A DNA stretch of 64,000 nt from the human T2T-CHM13v2.0 reference genome, Homo sapiens. Of this stretch, positions 62,379 to 64,000 are shown one piece after another; position 1 is the first letter of the stretch, and each line of letters opens with the position of its first letter. The notes beneath the pieces are model-generated. The model was given only the letters and a program-made list of their open reading frames with translations, was not told the origin of the DNA and did not search any database. The stretch lies in assembly GCF_009914755.1 (NCBI RefSeq), contig NC_060927.1; one strand, written 5' to 3'. Both the position numbers and the translations under genes were made by a program.

Positions 62379-63024
62379 GAGCCCCTCCTTTTTTGCCATG
62401 ATCTTTGATATGTGCTTTAAATTAAAAAAGTGAAATAGGCAGTTTCCTAATTTTTTAAACTGATAATACATTACAATAGAGTAGGATATGTTTTTTTAAA
62501 ATAATAGCATATTAAGATCATCTATAATTTAAGTAAACAAAATTTGGGTAAAATCCAGGAGTTTAAAATCATTTTGTAATCAACTTTGAAATGCATTGGT
62601 TTTTTTAAAGTAATGTTTTTAAAAACTGAAAATCAGGACTCTTGAAAATGTATAAGAAAAATCAGTCAATTTGTAAATGTCTTCCCCACAATTCTCCCTC
62701 CGGGTTTTTGCTTTCTCCCTTCTCACAAGCACCCCGCTCATGTCTCTGCCTATTGCCCCTAATTCCGGAAGCCAGCACTGGTATATTCAGGTATGGCAGA
62801 GGGCATCAAGCACACCTGGCATGGCCTCCCCAAAGCAACAGGAGGAAGTAGGGGAGGTGCTGTTTCCCAGCACTGCGGTAGCCCTTTGGTGGAAAGTTAG
62901 GTTTCCTAATCAGCTCAGGAGGGTGCAACAGGCAACGAGACAGGTCAATCCTTTCACTTCAGGCTGAATATGATGCTGGAATTCCCAAGACCTTAACTTT
63001 GCACATTTTGAAGAAAGTGGGGCT

Positions 63025-63164
63025 TTACATGCGTTCATATCCTCTACTGGGCCTCTTTCTGGCCACCAGACATGCGGTTAGCAAAATGACAAGCAGTCCT
63101 GTGATACTCAGGCCCATGGCCACAGGGATTTCTCTCCTGTTTCTGTCACTGAAGCATTCATCCG
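63025..63164 (-). CDS. LAMP3: Putative alternative terminal exon of LAMP3: (A)DECFSDRNRREIPVAMGLSITGLLVILLTACLVARKRPSRGYERM*
   Basis: CAG acceptor (AG at 63166-63165); same phase as the canonical last exon; DEC motif, hydrophobic TM, 11-aa basic tail ending in GYxxPhi, TAA stop. Confidence 0.8.
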
Positions 63165-64000
63165 CTGTAATTGAAGTCAGAGTAACAAGTGTTACAGACT
63201 GGCCACAAATGCTGGGAAGTGGCACTGCCACATCTGCCTCAGCTTTGGAGAAAAGAAGACAGAGGGGAAGATGGAGCTGTTGGGGCTCAGACAACAGTGG
63301 GTGAAAACGAGAGGGAAAGGGTCAATACAGTGGATCTGACACGTGTAGCACTGGTAATTAGTTAGGGAGCTTATTAAATTGCAGATGCCCAGACACATGC
63401 CCAAGAAATGATAATTCAGTGGGTCTGAGCTGAGGCCAGGGGAATTCTGATGCTGCTTCCAGGCAGATCCAACTTTGAGAAAATGCTAGTTTGGCCTAGA
63501 GGGTTGTGATCAGAGTTATGTCTTGACTCTCAAACTAGAGTAATTCCCGGAGCCATATTCTCCAACTCTAGTAATAGTTTGAGACAGAGTCTCACTGTGT
63601 CACCCAGGCCAGAATGCAGTGACACAATCTCGGCTCACTGCAACCTCCGCCTCCTGATTTCAAGTGATTTTTATCCCTTAGCCTCCCGAGTAGCTGGGAT
63701 TACAGGCATGTACCACCATGCCGGGCTAGTTTTTTGTATGTTTAGTAGAGATGGGGTTTTGCTATGTTGGCCAGGCTGGTCTCATAGTCCTGGCCTCAAG
63801 TGATCCACCTGCCTTGGCCTCCCAAAGTGCTGGGATTACAGGAGTCAGCCAACATGCCCAGTCCTAACTCTGTGTTTCTTACAGGGGCTGCTCAGATAGC
63901 TTGGGGCTCCTAAATCAGCATAATAAACAGCAAAAGAAAAGGACAGCAAAAACCCTAAAACTCAATAAACAAAACACAATGTTTGCAGGCTCCAGGATTT

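Noticed and set aside
63165-63294. N-terminal part of ORF 63025..63294 as a stand-alone 89-aa gene
   Set aside because: LAMP similarity starts exactly at the AG acceptor (63166-63165); the upstream part is intronic, starts at a non-ATG codon and has no signal peptide

Overview
Human-type (primate) genomic DNA, recognisable as the MCCC1-LAMP3 interval (chr3q27). The minus strand carries MCCC1 coding exons 1-7 (761 nt of CDS, clean GT-AG junctions, CpG-island promoter at ~29.2-29.9 kb). It also carries the 3' end of LAMP3: terminal coding exon 54289-54422 and a 3' UTR to ~52.42 kb. The rest is repeat-rich: about 45 Alus, L1/L2/MIR fragments, a full-length THE1 element and several solo LTRs with intact target-site duplications (TSDs). 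The most notable signal is a second, intact LAMP-type terminal exon at 63025-63164. It has the same splice phase as the canonical exon, a DEC motif, a TM helix, an 11-aa RKR...GYERM tail and its own poly(A) signal, which implies LAMP2A/B/C-style alternative C-termini for LAMP3. Also notable: two convergent LTR12 solo LTRs, each inserted in an Alu just upstream of MCCC1; an LTR containing a 34-bp minisatellite and followed by a strong splice donor pointing at MCCC1; and a truncated AluYb8-type insertion. Repeat subfamily names come from recall of consensus sequences, not from a search, and repeat boundaries without TSDs are approximate.
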